Notes: a model not told the origin generated them from the sequence alone. A DNA stretch of 64,000 nucleotides from a candidate division FCPU426 bacterium (GCA_963719085.1 CAVRAL010000004.1:544001-608000); one strand, 5' to 3'. Counted from the stretch's first letter, positions 8,879-18,984 are shown. Program-made: numbers and translations.

Positions 8879-9649
8879 TTACGGTTTCCGTTCAGCCAAA
8901 AAATCTACTTCTCCACCACCGGCCGTTCGAACATCTACATCATCTGGAGAATCAGAGGTATCAGGGCACGCCTCAATATTCCACCTTGAATCTTCGCCTT
9001 CAATTTTATAGTGTCCTTGTGGCACACGAACATGAAACCATCCATCCTTATCACTCGTCACTTCTTTTGATATCCCGCTTCCCGTTACAAGAAAATGAAT
9101 TCCCGCCAGTCCCGGACCGCCATTCATATTTTCCTCAACTCTAACAAATCCGAGAATATCGCCTGCTTCACCCTTTTTGATATTTTTTATAACTTCATTC
9201 ACTTCTGAAATTTTACGCTTATAGTCTTTGTTCGCGGAGTTAAAATCATCGCCGCAACCGCCTTTTAACTTTCCGTTTTCATTTTTCTCTATAAGAATAA
9301 GATAAGTCTGACCAACCATTAATCCCATTCGGCCCGAATCATTATCCTCACACACTTCAATAAACTTGTTTTTAGAGCCCTTAAAAACTTGAACTGTTTT
9401 ACATCGAAAGTAAACTTCGCTGGCTTCACCAAGGGGTTTAAGATCGGCGTCATTTTTCACTTCTTTTCCACTTTCGTCCAATCCGCGCCGAGAAACAACA
9501 GTCCCAATAAAAACTGTGTCAGCTCTCGTAAACAAAGTTCGAATTCTTGGATCCGGATAAGTGCATATAGCCAAGGAGGGGGATGTTCGAATACCCCAAA
9601 AAAGAAAAGTTAACAAACAAAACAAAAGCGTTTTTGGAAAAATTTTCAC
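8879..9649 (-). CDS. Secreted protein with TIMP/NTR-like N-terminal domain and carboxypeptidase-regulatory-like C-terminal domain
   Basis: Signal peptide then CTYPDP...ADTVFIGTVV, VGQTYLI, GGC; later TSDKDGWFHVRVPQGHYKI; SD GGAGG; AT-richer than flanks. Confidence 0.6.
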   Translation of the reverse strand: MKIFPKTLLFCLLTFLFWGIRTSPSLAICTYPDPRIRTLFTRADTVFIGTVVSRRGLDESGKEVKNDADLKPLGEASEVYFRCKTVQVFKGSKNKFIEVCEDNDSGRMGLMVGQTYLILIEKNENGKLKGGCGDDFNSANKDYKRKISEVNEVIKNIKKGEAGDILGFVRVEENMNGGPGLAGIHFLVTGSGISKEVTSDKDGWFHVRVPQGHYKIEGEDSRWNIEACPDTSDSPDDVDVRTAGGGEVDFLAERKP

Positions 9650-9725
9650 CCTGACAGATACCTCCCCAGGTTGGACTCAAACCACCTCATCACTTTTGCC
9701 CATTATCCCCTTCTACCTAAAACAA

Positions 9726-9760
9726 AAAAGCCTTTTCCCCAGGAAAGGAAAAGGCTTTTT
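9726..9760. terminator. Intrinsic terminator after the DUF4139 gene
   Basis: AAAAAGCCTTTTCC-loop-GGAAAAGGCTTTTT. Confidence 0.7.
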
Positions 9761-9787
9761 ATCGTAGACCAACCGTTTATCTAACTT

Positions 9788-11230
9788 TTAATTCCACCAA
9801 TATTTGACCGTATAGGTCACGGTCGTCTTCCCGTCTGCCGGGATCGACACCGGGAAGTCCACCGTGCGGGCGTCCACCTTGTTGAAGTCATGGCTGTTGG
9901 CCGTGATCTTCCAGTTGGAATAACGATATAGATGCTCCACCACATCGACCGTCACGGCCTGTTTCTTATGGTTTTTCACTGTAATCGCGAAGCTTTCTTC
10001 GATGCTGTGGGAGTCCGGATTCACGAAATTGGTCTGTAGCCTCTCCCCTACCACGTCAAAGGCGTTTCCCATCTTGACCTTGATGTCCTCATCTTTCGGG
10101 GTGTGGTCGATCAGGTCCTCGCCTAAAAACTCTTGGGTTCCATCGGTGTCCTTCTGGTAGACCCGGATCTTGCCGGCGGGAAGCGGCATGCCAAGACCCG
10201 CTTCCTGTGAATTCCGCAGTTCCAAGAACACATCCACTTTTTTAGTCCCAACATCGTTGCCGTAATAGCGGTCCGTAATGCCGTTTCCTGTCCAGTCGGA
10301 TAATCCGGCGCCGTCGTAGCGATAAAGTTTTTTCACCGGAATGGCGGCCGCCGACAAAAGCTCGATCTGTTTGGTTTCGTTGTTTTGAAGGGTCGTGGTA
10401 TGGGACAAGGTGTAAAGATGATAATCGCTGAAGACCTTTTCGGCGAAAGCGGGCGCCGGCTCATCCTCCGCTGCCATGGACTTGGTGTCGCAAAGCAGGT
10501 CACGCCGGACTTCGTTATCCTGCGCCCGGTTCACGTCTCCGGCTAAAAGTTTGAGCCTGGCGTCGGTAAAGGTCGTGCCCGTGTGGTTATCCAGCGTCAC
10601 CCAGCCGTCAAAATCCGCGCCATCCTCATTCGCGTTGACCAGCAGGGTATAGTCCGAATGCCAGCTCATGCCGGACGCCAGGTAAGTCAGGTTCAAATCC
10701 TTTTCGCCGCCCTGCTTGGCGTCCACCAGCCAACGCAAAGTGGGCTTGAGGATAAGCCCCTCGGGTAGTTTGGGAAACTGGATATTGTTGTTGGAATAAA
10801 CATTGAGCAGGCTTCCATCTTCTTTTTGGACGACCATTTGGTTTCCATCCGTGGAGAGCAATTTGACCGGAAGGTCGACGCCCTTATCACCGCCGAACTT
10901 CAGGAGTGTGATGGATTGGCCGATGTACTTGGAAAGGACGGCTTGGGGATTCACCAAATCATATTCGTAATTTTGTTCTAGAACCTTAAAGCCGTCGGGA
11001 TCGGCGGGCGAAAAGATATTGACGCTGGTGGCGTCGATGGTGGAGGCGATGTCCTCAAACGATAGGGGGTGAATGCCGGCGGCCACGGGAAGACGCCTTT
11101 GATCCCCCACTAAAACCAAGTCGTTGTTATAAACCGTCAGATTGTAGCCTTCACTGCCCTTGGCCCAGAGGGCTTCCGCTTCCAGCAAAAACAAAAGGCT
11201 TAAAACCCCAAATCCTAATTCCGCTTTCAT
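9788..11230 (-). CDS. DUF4139/DUF4140 domain secreted protein
   Basis: LTVYNNDLVLV, VLEQNYEYDL, PEGLILKPTL, YHLYTL, LGMPLPAGKIRVY, FLGEDLIDHTPKDE; SD AAGGAG before ATG 11230. Confidence 0.88.
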   Translation of the reverse strand: MKAELGFGVLSLLFLLEAEALWAKGSEGYNLTVYNNDLVLVGDQRRLPVAAGIHPLSFEDIASTIDATSVNIFSPADPDGFKVLEQNYEYDLVNPQAVLSKYIGQSITLLKFGGDKGVDLPVKLLSTDGNQMVVQKEDGSLLNVYSNNNIQFPKLPEGLILKPTLRWLVDAKQGGEKDLNLTYLASGMSWHSDYTLLVNANEDGADFDGWVTLDNHTGTTFTDARLKLLAGDVNRAQDNEVRRDLLCDTKSMAAEDEPAPAFAEKVFSDYHLYTLSHTTTLQNNETKQIELLSAAAIPVKKLYRYDGAGLSDWTGNGITDRYYGNDVGTKKVDVFLELRNSQEAGLGMPLPAGKIRVYQKDTDGTQEFLGEDLIDHTPKDEDIKVKMGNAFDVVGERLQTNFVNPDSHSIEESFAITVKNHKKQAVTVDVVEHLYRYSNWKITANSHDFNKVDARTVDFPVSIPADGKTTVTYTVKYWWN

Positions 11231-11263
11231 GACCGGCTCCTTATGGTTGAATAGCTTCAACCG

Positions 11264-11291
11264 TAAGACCCGGCTCCCGGGATAAAGTTCC
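11264..11291 (-). promoter_or_regulatory. Putative ECF promoter of the DUF4139 gene
   Basis: Minus strand GGAACTT-N15-GTCTTA. Confidence 0.55.
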
Positions 11292-11409
11292 TGGATTACG
11301 AACCTAAATAGCTAATAAATGACTCGTCTGAAAATTGACAATGATTCCTGGCATAATCAATGAGTAAATCCCCCAAAGCCTTGGCGTAGGGTGGCAAATG
11401 AACAAAAAT

Positions 11410-11440
11410 AAAAACCCCGTTAGGCGAGCCTAACGGGGTT
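11410..11440 (-). terminator. Intrinsic terminator after the HxlR gene
   Basis: Perfect AACCCCGTTAGGC/GCCTAACGGGGTT stem, T-run on the minus strand. Confidence 0.75.
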
Positions 11441-11462
11441 GGATTTCAAAGGTTTATTACTT

Positions 11463-11852
11463 TTAATTGTTGGAAAAGGCCGCTACCGAAGCCGCCTTTT
11501 TGGCCGCGGGCGAATCCGGCGCGGGCAATTGCTTGCCCACTTCCACGATCGCGTCCAAAACCGGGTTAAGCTTAGCGCCCAGTTCCGTCAGCGCGTACTC
11601 CACGGTCGGAGGGGAAGTCGGCATGACGGTGCGGATCACCACGCCCCGCTTTTCCAACTCCCTCAGGCGCGTGGTCAAAACCTTGGCCGAGATGCCGCCC
11701 AGGTCCCGCTTTAAATCCCCAAACCGCCGGGGCTCAAGCCGCAGGTACCAAAGGATCTTCGGCGTCCAGGCCCCCGCCAAAAGCTTTAAACTGCCTTCCA
11801 GTGGACAGCTTTCCGGCGCGGGCCCGGATTTGTTGGGTCTGTGTCTGATCAT
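11463..11852 (-). CDS. HxlR family winged-helix transcriptional regulator
   Basis: CPLE...WTPKILWYL...RRFGDLKRDL.GISAKVLTTRLRELE...PPTVEYALTELG. Confidence 0.92.
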   Translation of the reverse strand: MIRHRPNKSGPAPESCPLEGSLKLLAGAWTPKILWYLRLEPRRFGDLKRDLGGISAKVLTTRLRELEKRGVVIRTVMPTSPPTVEYALTELGAKLNPVLDAIVEVGKQLPAPDSPAAKKAASVAAFSNN

Positions 11853-11910
11853 GAAAGATCACCTCCTGATAGGCCGCGTCCATGCGGCTTTTATTTCAAA
11901 GCGGCCTTGA

Positions 11911-12035
11911 ACCCCGAGGATTCTCCCGGAGCCTTAGCGAAGGGAGTTTGAATCCCGGGGTAAGCTGTTCATAACACGATCTTGAATCCCTGAATTATCC
12001 CGTAGCGTCAGCGGAGGGAATCAGAATTCAGGGAT
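11911..12035. repeat. Two tandem REP-like palindromes with a C-R-N-AGC-N4-GC-G-N-AG core
   Basis: CTCCCGGAGCCTTAGCGAAGGGAG and TCCCGTAGCGTCAGCGGAGGGA inside longer stems; same core at 11371, 29691, 33398. Confidence 0.55.
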
Positions 12036-12241
12036 AAAAAACGCACCCATTCCTCTGTCTTAATCGTCTAATCCGGTGCAAGAATGGTCTTTCTAAAAGC
12101 TATAGTTACCCATAGGTACCTACTTTCTTTTAGTAAGGGTCTTGTATATATAAAAGCAAAACCAGCTGTGAATCAAGCCCTTCGAGAGGCCGCAGGGTCG
12201 GTTCTGGATATCTCGGAGAAAAACTGAAAGGAAATTGAACA

Positions 12242-12958
12242 ATGAAGAAGATTTTCTCGTTGTTGGCAGTCGCCGGATTTTTAACCGCCTCGTCGGCAAA
12301 GGCGGAAGACTATGGCTTCGATAAGGCCCATACCCATGTGGGTTTTTCCGTGAAGCACATCCTGAGCAAGGTGGACGGCGAATTTAAGGACTACGACGGT
12401 TCCTTCAGCTTTGACGCCAAGGACCCTTCCAAGGACAAGATCAATGTGACGATCCAAACCGCCAGCATCAGCACGGATAACGACATGCGGGACCACCACC
12501 TGCAATCGCCGGACTTTTTTGACGCCGTGAAATACCCGGTCATCACCTTCAAGAGCACCCAAGTGACCGCCGGCACGGGCGACCAGTACCAAGTCGCCGG
12601 TAACTTGACGATTCATGGCGTCACCAAACCGGTGACCCTGGCCGTGGAATACCTGGGCAGCGATAAAATGATGGGCGCCGACATCGTGGGCTTTTCGGCC
12701 ACGACCACGATTGACCGCCGGGATTACGGCTTGACCTGGGGCCAGGATAAATTGACCGCCGCGGGCAACCTGATGGTGGCCAACGACGTCGCCATCAACT
12801 TGGATGTGGCGGGCATGGACAAGGCGAGCTTGGCCAAGATGGCCGCCATGATGAAGGCCAAACAGGCCGCGCCTCCCGCGGCCGCCGCCACGCCCTCCGC
12901 TCCCCCGGAAGCTGTAGTGACGCCTTCGGTCACGCCAGTGGCTTCGCCGTCGAATTAA
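12242..12958 (+). CDS. YceI family secreted polyisoprenoid-binding protein
   Basis: DKAHTHVGFSVKH, RDHHLQSPDFFDAVKYPVITFKS, GNLTIHGVTKPV, IDRRDYG; divergent from the HxlR gene. Confidence 0.93.
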   Translation: MKKIFSLLAVAGFLTASSAKAEDYGFDKAHTHVGFSVKHILSKVDGEFKDYDGSFSFDAKDPSKDKINVTIQTASISTDNDMRDHHLQSPDFFDAVKYPVITFKSTQVTAGTGDQYQVAGNLTIHGVTKPVTLAVEYLGSDKMMGADIVGFSATTTIDRRDYGLTWGQDKLTAAGNLMVANDVAINLDVAGMDKASLAKMAAMMKAKQAAPPAAAATPSAPPEAVVTPSVTPVASPSN

Positions 12959-12972
12959 TTCTCCAGGTTTTT

Positions 12973-13004
12973 AAGGGCCGGAGCGAAAGCTTCGGCCCTT
13001 TTTT
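12973..13004 (+). terminator. Intrinsic terminator
   Basis: AAGGGCCGGAGC-GAAA-GCTTCGGCCCTT followed by T-run. Confidence 0.8.
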
Positions 13005-13055
13005 ATTTCCGCTCCAAGCCGTAAAATAAGACATCCTGATGTTAAGGAGGCCCGG

Positions 13056-13256
13056 ATGAGCCATTTTGAGTTTGAGATCAACGACGAGGTGTTTCATTTG
13101 AAAAGCCATCTGATTGGCATGGTCCTGAACGTGAAAGACGTCGACCACCCCGCCGGTAAAAAATATCTCCGGGTTCAAATTAAACCCGACCAACCCGACC
13201 AGATTTGGCCCGTGGAAGACGTGGGCCTTTGGATCCGAAACAAGCGGTTCCTATGA
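13056..13256 (+). CDS. Hypothetical protein (66 aa)
   Basis: SD AAGGAGG; ATGA overlap with the next gene. Confidence 0.65.
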   Translation: MSHFEFEINDEVFHLKSHLIGMVLNVKDVDHPAGKKYLRVQIKPDQPDQIWPVEDVGLWIRNKRFL

Positions 13257-13960
13257 CCGGCCCAGGTGGCGCGAAGCGCTCATATTTCAATCCCGACTTT
13301 TTTCGTTTCCTCAAGACCCTCAAGCGCAACAACAACCGCCCTTGGTTTCTCAAGAATAAGGAGCGCTACGAGTTGCTGGTGCGCAATCCTTTTCTGGACT
13401 TTATCGGCCAGTTGGGCCCCGCCCTGCGGCAAATCAGCCCCCATCTGTGGGTGGACAACAGCCCTTCGGGCGGATCGATGTTCCGCATCTACCGGGACAC
13501 GCGTTTTTCCAAAGACAAGACCCCCTACAAGACCCACGTGGCGGCCTGGTTCCCCCTGTCCCGCCAAAAGGACGTTCATTCGCCGGGCTTCTATATCCAC
13601 TTAGGGCCCGACGAGGTCTTCGCCGGGGGCGGCGTCTGGCATCCCGACGCGCCCGTCTTGGCCCAGATCCGGGATTATCTTTTGAATCATTCGCGGGAAT
13701 GGAAGGAAGGCGTCCTCGCGGACCGCGACTTTAAAAAACAATGCGCCCTTGACGGCGAAAAACTTCAGCGCCCGCCCAAGGGCTACCCGGCGGACCACCC
13801 CATGATTGAGACCCTAAAATACAAGGATTTCATTTATTCGACTTCCTTCACCGTGAAGCAAGCCGGCGCGCCGGATTTCTTGGAACGTTTCGCCGCGTCC
13901 TGCGCCGCCGGCTCGCCCCTGGTCCATTACTTAGCCCGCGCCCTGAAGATGCCCTGGTGA
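13253..13960 (+). CDS. DUF2461 (TIGR02453) family protein
   Basis: NNNRPWF, MFRIYRDTRFSKDKTPYKT, PGFYIHL, LQRPPKGY. Confidence 0.9.
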   Translation: MTGPGGAKRSYFNPDFFRFLKTLKRNNNRPWFLKNKERYELLVRNPFLDFIGQLGPALRQISPHLWVDNSPSGGSMFRIYRDTRFSKDKTPYKTHVAAWFPLSRQKDVHSPGFYIHLGPDEVFAGGGVWHPDAPVLAQIRDYLLNHSREWKEGVLADRDFKKQCALDGEKLQRPPKGYPADHPMIETLKYKDFIYSTSFTVKQAGAPDFLERFAASCAAGSPLVHYLARALKMPW

Positions 13961-14940
13961 AACCCACCCAGCGTTCCCTCCCGGACGCTTTTCTTCAAAA
14001 GCTCCGGCGGATTATTCCCTCGTCCTATTTCGACAAGGTCGCGCGCACTTTTCACGAGCCCAAACCCACCACATTCCGGATCAATAGCCTTCGAACCACG
14101 CCTGGCGAGGTCAAAGAGATCCTGGAATCCTCCGGGTTCAAGGTCGAGGCGGTTCATTGGCTCAAAGGCGCTTTTATTTTACGTAAAGGCCGGCAAAGGG
14201 ACTTGGAAGACACCGCCCTCTACCAACAAGGGCGGATTTATGTTCAAAATCTTTCCAGTATGGTCCCCCCTTTGGCGCTGGGTCCTCAAGGGGGAGAAAA
14301 AGTTTTGGATTTGACGGCCGCGCCCGGAAGCAAGACCACCCAACTTTCCACGCTGATGGGCAATGAAGGTTCCATTACGGCCAACGACAATAATCCCGTC
14401 CGGGTGGAAAAATTAAAAGCCAATGTGGATCGCCAGGGGGCCACAAACGTCACCGTGCTCCCCGCCGGCGACGGCGGCCTGTTGTGGAAAGACTATCCCG
14501 AAGGCTTTGATAAGGTCCTATTGGACGCTCCTTGCAGTTCGGAGGGACGCTTTTTAACCTCCGAACCCGGAACCTACGGCTATTGGAAGGAAGACACCAA
14601 CCGTAAAATGGCCCGGGACCAACGGCGGCTTTTGAAGTCCGCCCTGCGTTCGCTGAAAATTGAGGGAACCATGGTTTATTCGACCTGTACCTTCTCGCCC
14701 GAGGAAAACGAGGGTGTACTTCAATGGGCGTTGGAGGCCTATCCTGGCGATTTCGAGCTTTTGCCCCTGTCGGTGGGTTTTTCCAATTGGATGCCGGGAT
14801 TGGCCGAATGGGAAGGAAAACCCTTCGACCCCTCCCTCCGGCAGGCGGTCCGGGTCTTGCCGGATGGGACCATGGAAGGTTTTTTCTTGGCTCTTCTTCG
14901 AAAAAAGCGGACCCTTCCGGTCGACCCACCCAGCTATTAA
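13957..14940 (+). CDS. RsmB/NOP family RNA m5C methyltransferase (RsmF-like)
   Basis: YVQNLSSM, DLTAAPGSKT, LLDAPCS, YSTCTFSPEENE. Confidence 0.92.
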   Translation: MKPTQRSLPDAFLQKLRRIIPSSYFDKVARTFHEPKPTTFRINSLRTTPGEVKEILESSGFKVEAVHWLKGAFILRKGRQRDLEDTALYQQGRIYVQNLSSMVPPLALGPQGGEKVLDLTAAPGSKTTQLSTLMGNEGSITANDNNPVRVEKLKANVDRQGATNVTVLPAGDGGLLWKDYPEGFDKVLLDAPCSSEGRFLTSEPGTYGYWKEDTNRKMARDQRRLLKSALRSLKIEGTMVYSTCTFSPEENEGVLQWALEAYPGDFELLPLSVGFSNWMPGLAEWEGKPFDPSLRQAVRVLPDGTMEGFFLALLRKKRTLPVDPPSY

Positions 14941-15043
14941 CAGCCGGTTGAAAAAGTCAAATGACCGACTTTTTCATATTTCATGAACAAATAGCCCCTG
15001 GCTGTTGCAGGGTGTAAAGGCATTTTTAGACACCCTGTAACCG

Positions 15044-15691
15044 CTACCGCCGGCGGGCCACCAAAATCTGGGTCATGCCCCAGGGTTGGGGAAAATTTAA
15101 TAATCGAAGCAAGGGCAGTAAAAAGGCCGGCGTCTTGTTGGGGACAATCCATCCAAACGCGCAAGCGGCCACCACTTCAAGGCCTTGATCCTCCAGGGCT
15201 TTTTTCAAGTAATTTTTCGAAAAAGCCAGGGCTTTGCGTTCTTCAGGAACGAGCGCTGAAAAAAGCGCCATGAGGGGATTGGCCGGGTTGGGTTCCATTA
15301 AAACGACGGTTTTGGCCGAAACCCGCTTCATTTCCCCCAACACTTGCCCCAAATCCTCCACGTGATGAAGCAAAGCGTGGCAAAAAACCACGTCAAAGGC
15401 GAAATCACAAAAGGCCAAATGCCCCGCGTCCATCAAGGCCTTTTGGGGAACCGGATTTTTTAAAAGCATCTTTTGGGAAAAATCAACCGCGGTGGTGTTG
15501 GCGACTTCGTTGAGGTAATAGGAAAAAAAACCGTTGCCGGCCCCCACGTCCAACACCCGGGTGGAGGGTTTGAGCGGAACGAATTGTTGAACCCAGTCCA
15601 GTTTGGGAAGCACGTAACTTTTCACCACCGGATGGGCGGCGTCGCGCCTTTGGTCCAACGATTTTCTTTCCCAATAGTCTTTCTGGAACAA
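15044..15691 (-). CDS. Class I SAM-dependent methyltransferase
   Basis: VLDVGAGNG, FDVVFCHALLHHV, MEPN. Confidence 0.85.
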   Translation of the reverse strand: MFQKDYWERKSLDQRRDAAHPVVKSYVLPKLDWVQQFVPLKPSTRVLDVGAGNGFFSYYLNEVANTTAVDFSQKMLLKNPVPQKALMDAGHLAFCDFAFDVVFCHALLHHVEDLGQVLGEMKRVSAKTVVLMEPNPANPLMALFSALVPEERKALAFSKNYLKKALEDQGLEVVAACAFGWIVPNKTPAFLLPLLRLLNFPQPWGMTQILVARRR

Positions 15692-15715
15692 AAAAACCTC
15701 CCGCCGGAATTTCCC

Positions 15716-17542
15716 TTACTTTACATCAGCCAGTGAAAAGGCCGGTACGTAAACTTCCGGATTGTCCCGGACCCAGCAATTTCCCGTTCGGGCCCTCTCG
15801 TCACGGTCGGTGAATCGATAGTCCTCGATTTGGGCCCGGATAAACCGGGGCGCGGGGCCGCCCGCGAAGGGATTAGTTTCCAAAAGACCCGTGGCTTGGG
15901 GCGAACCCTCCAAAAGCTGGACGAGAAATGAGAGGAACCAGCGGTTATCCCGGGCGTTGCCCAATGCCGCGAACCACATTTGCCAGTCCAACCTGGGTTG
16001 AAAAGGCGCCACCCAGGGAAGCCGCTTGGAAAGATCCCCCGGTTTGTACTTAAACTCGTAGGGCCGCCAGTCTTTGCCGTCCGCGCTTCCCTCCACGATA
16101 ATTTCCCGCCTCGTGGTGGTCATCACCGCGAATAATCCATAAGCGTTGACCGAACGGAAAGGCCCGGCCACCGATTCCACCGGAGCCAAACTTTCTTCCC
16201 ATCCCGTCCATCCAAAAATCGCCAGAAATTGGGCGCCTGAGACCAAAAGAACCAGGCCTAAAAAAGGCGCCCGGATCCAAGCGGATACATACCGGTTTTT
16301 CGCGTTCCGAGTCTTGTCGGGGGAAAATACGTTTTTCCACCCTGAAGGCCAAGCCGCGTCTTCCAAGGCGAAAAAACAAAGTCCCAAGGTCAAAAGATTA
16401 AAGAAACAATAGTTTCCCGTGAGCGCGATGAGAGCTTGCAAAAGCACCAGGGGGCCAAAAGCCAAGGCTTGAAAGCGGCGCGGACCCCAAATCAGAAACG
16501 GAACCGCCAATTCGACGGCGAACATAAAGACGCAAGAGAGGATCTGAAAATCCAGGGGAAGCAAATGGGCCCACCAGCCCAGGGGGGTGGGGAGCGGCTG
16601 GGTCTCATAATGAAAGGACAACGCCGTCAAATGCCGCCAAGCGGGATCCCCGCTGAAAAGTTTCACGAGCCCGGAGGAGACCATCAACCGGAACAACAGC
16701 CATTTAAAAATGAAAACCGAAAAGCCCGGTATGGGCGTTAAATCGAACCGCTTGAGGCGCCAGCCAAAGGGGACCAAAAAAAGGGCGAGTAAGTCGCATT
16801 CCAAAAGCAGATTGTCCCATTGGAAACTTAAAAAATCGCCGCCCACGGTGGCCAGGGATAAATAGCAAACCCAAAGTCCGGCCAAACTGCCCCAGGGAAT
16901 AAGCCCGGCAAAAAGTAAAACCGATAATAAGATCCCGGCGTCGCACAGGCCGTTCAAAAAACCATCGGTCGGGCAAAACCATAAAAGCGTGGGAGCCGAA
17001 AAAAAGACCGTCCAAGACACGCCTTTCAATAAACACAGCACCGGCTCAATTCCCTGGTTTCCCACCAAAGCCGCCAGCTGTCCCCGAAGCGACCAAAAGG
17101 CGAACAGATTGGCCAGCGCCAAACATTTCAGGAAAGCCGCCCGGGACCCAAAATAAGTCGGGGCCTCGTCGGCTTGCGAAAGCCCGCAGGAGCCGCTTCG
17201 GGATAAAAGGGACCGGTGCCGGGCGACCCATTGGTAGAGGGTCTCGCTCACGCTTAAAAAAAACGGGACTTTCGCGCTCAAGGACGGCAGCCATTTTAAA
17301 AACCGGTGGACGGCCAGCGTCCTCAAAACGGCCTCGGCGCCATGGGTCACCCGCCCGCTTGGCTCAAACAAATAAACCGCTTTTTTAAATTCCGCTTCCG
17401 GCACTTGGGAAAAGCGGCTGGCCGCGGTTTGGTAAGGCTCATAATCCACGGCGTCCACGGTCACTTTTTTCCACCGGCCGATCCACCGGCGGCAAAAACC
17501 GCAATCCCCGTCATACACCATCAAAGGCTTCAATAACCACAT
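15716..17542 (-). CDS. DCC1-like thiol-disulfide domain fused to a lipase maturation factor (LMF1) domain
   Basis: YDGDCGFC; FQWDNLLLE, WLLFRLM..SGLVK, HYETQPLP, GNYCFFNLL, YGLFAVMT, PRLDWQMWFAAL. Confidence 0.9.
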   Translation of the reverse strand: MWLLKPLMVYDGDCGFCRRWIGRWKKVTVDAVDYEPYQTAASRFSQVPEAEFKKAVYLFEPSGRVTHGAEAVLRTLAVHRFLKWLPSLSAKVPFFLSVSETLYQWVARHRSLLSRSGSCGLSQADEAPTYFGSRAAFLKCLALANLFAFWSLRGQLAALVGNQGIEPVLCLLKGVSWTVFFSAPTLLWFCPTDGFLNGLCDAGILLSVLLFAGLIPWGSLAGLWVCYLSLATVGGDFLSFQWDNLLLECDLLALFLVPFGWRLKRFDLTPIPGFSVFIFKWLLFRLMVSSGLVKLFSGDPAWRHLTALSFHYETQPLPTPLGWWAHLLPLDFQILSCVFMFAVELAVPFLIWGPRRFQALAFGPLVLLQALIALTGNYCFFNLLTLGLCFFALEDAAWPSGWKNVFSPDKTRNAKNRYVSAWIRAPFLGLVLLVSGAQFLAIFGWTGWEESLAPVESVAGPFRSVNAYGLFAVMTTTRREIIVEGSADGKDWRPYEFKYKPGDLSKRLPWVAPFQPRLDWQMWFAALGNARDNRWFLSFLVQLLEGSPQATGLLETNPFAGGPAPRFIRAQIEDYRFTDRDERARTGNCWVRDNPEVYVPAFSLADVK

Positions 17543-17608
17543 TTTACGCTTTCCCTATTCGGAGGATAGTTTTGATAAAATAAGGTTACCCTGAATCAAG
17601 GAGTTTCC

Positions 17609-18466
17609 ATGGACTTTTTAGGCCACGAACTACCCCTGCGCTTTTTGTTTTTCGGACTTACCTTTTTGATCCTGGCTTTTTGGGAGCAAAAAAATCAAGC
17701 CGTCCCTTTGACGCAAAATAAAAATGACCGCTGGTTGAATCACCTGGGATTGTCCTTTTTGGGCGCGGTTCTGGTCCGAACCTTCCTGCCTCTGGCAGGC
17801 GTTTCCATCGCCTGGTTCGCCTTGTATAACCGCCTGGGGCTTTTTAATCAAATCCAATTGCCCGACGCGGTGGTCCTGGTCTTGAGCGTGCTCAACCTGG
17901 ATTGGGCGCTTTATTACCAGCATCGGGCCCTGCATTCGCTTCCCTGGCTCTGGAAATGCCATCGGGTCCATCATACCGACTTGGATTTCGATGTTTCCAC
18001 GGGAATCCGGTTTCACTTTTTAGAGACGGGGTTTACCTTGTTGGTCAAAGCCCTGGTCATTTTAATTTTGGGCTGCCCGCCGGCCGCCGTCCTGGCCTAT
18101 GAGCTGATTTATATGATCGCGGTTCTTTTCAACCACTCCAATGTCAAGCTGAGCCCGGGGATTGAAAAAAGCTTAAGGGCTTTCATCGTCACCCCGGACA
18201 TGCATCGGATCCATCATTCCGGCGCGCGCCCGGAAACGAACAGCAATTTCAGTTTTGTTTTTTCTTGGTGGGACCGGTTTTTGGGAACTTATCGCCCTCA
18301 GCCCGCCGCCGGCTATGAAAAAATGACGATCGGATTGGAAAATTACCGGGATCCCGTTGATTCCCAATTGCCGAATCTGTTGCTGCAGCCCTTCATGGAC
18401 GCGGGGCAAACCATCTCAATGGAAAATTTCAAGTCGAAGGAAACCGCTTACACCCAGGGGAAATAA
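17609..18466 (+). CDS. Fatty acid hydroxylase / sterol desaturase family protein
   Basis: His boxes HRALH, HRVHH, FNHSN, HRIHH. Confidence 0.92.
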   Translation: MDFLGHELPLRFLFFGLTFLILAFWEQKNQAVPLTQNKNDRWLNHLGLSFLGAVLVRTFLPLAGVSIAWFALYNRLGLFNQIQLPDAVVLVLSVLNLDWALYYQHRALHSLPWLWKCHRVHHTDLDFDVSTGIRFHFLETGFTLLVKALVILILGCPPAAVLAYELIYMIAVLFNHSNVKLSPGIEKSLRAFIVTPDMHRIHHSGARPETNSNFSFVFSWWDRFLGTYRPQPAAGYEKMTIGLENYRDPVDSQLPNLLLQPFMDAGQTISMENFKSKETAYTQGK

Positions 18467-18470
18467 ATCC

Positions 18471-18908
18471 TTAGGCCAGGCCGTCGAAAAGGCCGGAAGA
18501 ATCCCCCCCGCCTAAAAGCTGGGACTGAATGATCGAGGATTCTTGATTGTACATATTGAGGAGCGCCTCCAAGTTGGAGTCGCCCGAAAGGCTCGCGGCT
18601 TGCGAAGCCCAGGAAGGCAAGGCGAACAGGTCGCCGCCGCCCAACAAACCCGTTAAACCCGAACCCAACATTGAAGAGGATGAGTCAGAAAACATCCCGG
18701 ACAAGGCCAAGTTGTCGGCGTTTTGGGCTTGGGCCATGGCCAATTGGGCCTTTTGCTGGGTCGTGGCCGAAGGATTCGCCAGCATCTGGTCCACGAGGGA
18801 GTTAAAACTGCTGGACGAGTCCAGACCCAGCGCCGCCAAAGCGCCCGGGTTGGAATTTGAGTAAAGCGAATTGAGGTCGGAAGGCCCGATCGCCGATAAA
18901 TCGTTCAT
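18471..18908 (-). CDS. Hypothetical Ser/Gly/Leu-rich protein
   Basis: 145 aa ORF with AGGA upstream; no recognised family. Confidence 0.6.
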   Translation of the reverse strand: MNDLSAIGPSDLNSLYSNSNPGALAALGLDSSSSFNSLVDQMLANPSATTQQKAQLAMAQAQNADNLALSGMFSDSSSSMLGSGLTGLLGGGDLFALPSWASQAASLSGDSNLEALLNMYNQESSIIQSQLLGGGDSSGLFDGLA

Positions 18909-18984
18909 GGTTATCCTAACGACTTAGGCGGGAAAAACTGAACGGGAATAAAAGGGTTTGAAATAAGGGCTTTTGAGAAAGAGC

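Noticed and set aside
14940..14980. IS terminal repeat (CAGCCGGTTGAAAAAGTC...GACTTTTTCA)
   Set aside because: Too short, with no transposase or partner end; at most a remnant or a terminator-like hairpin
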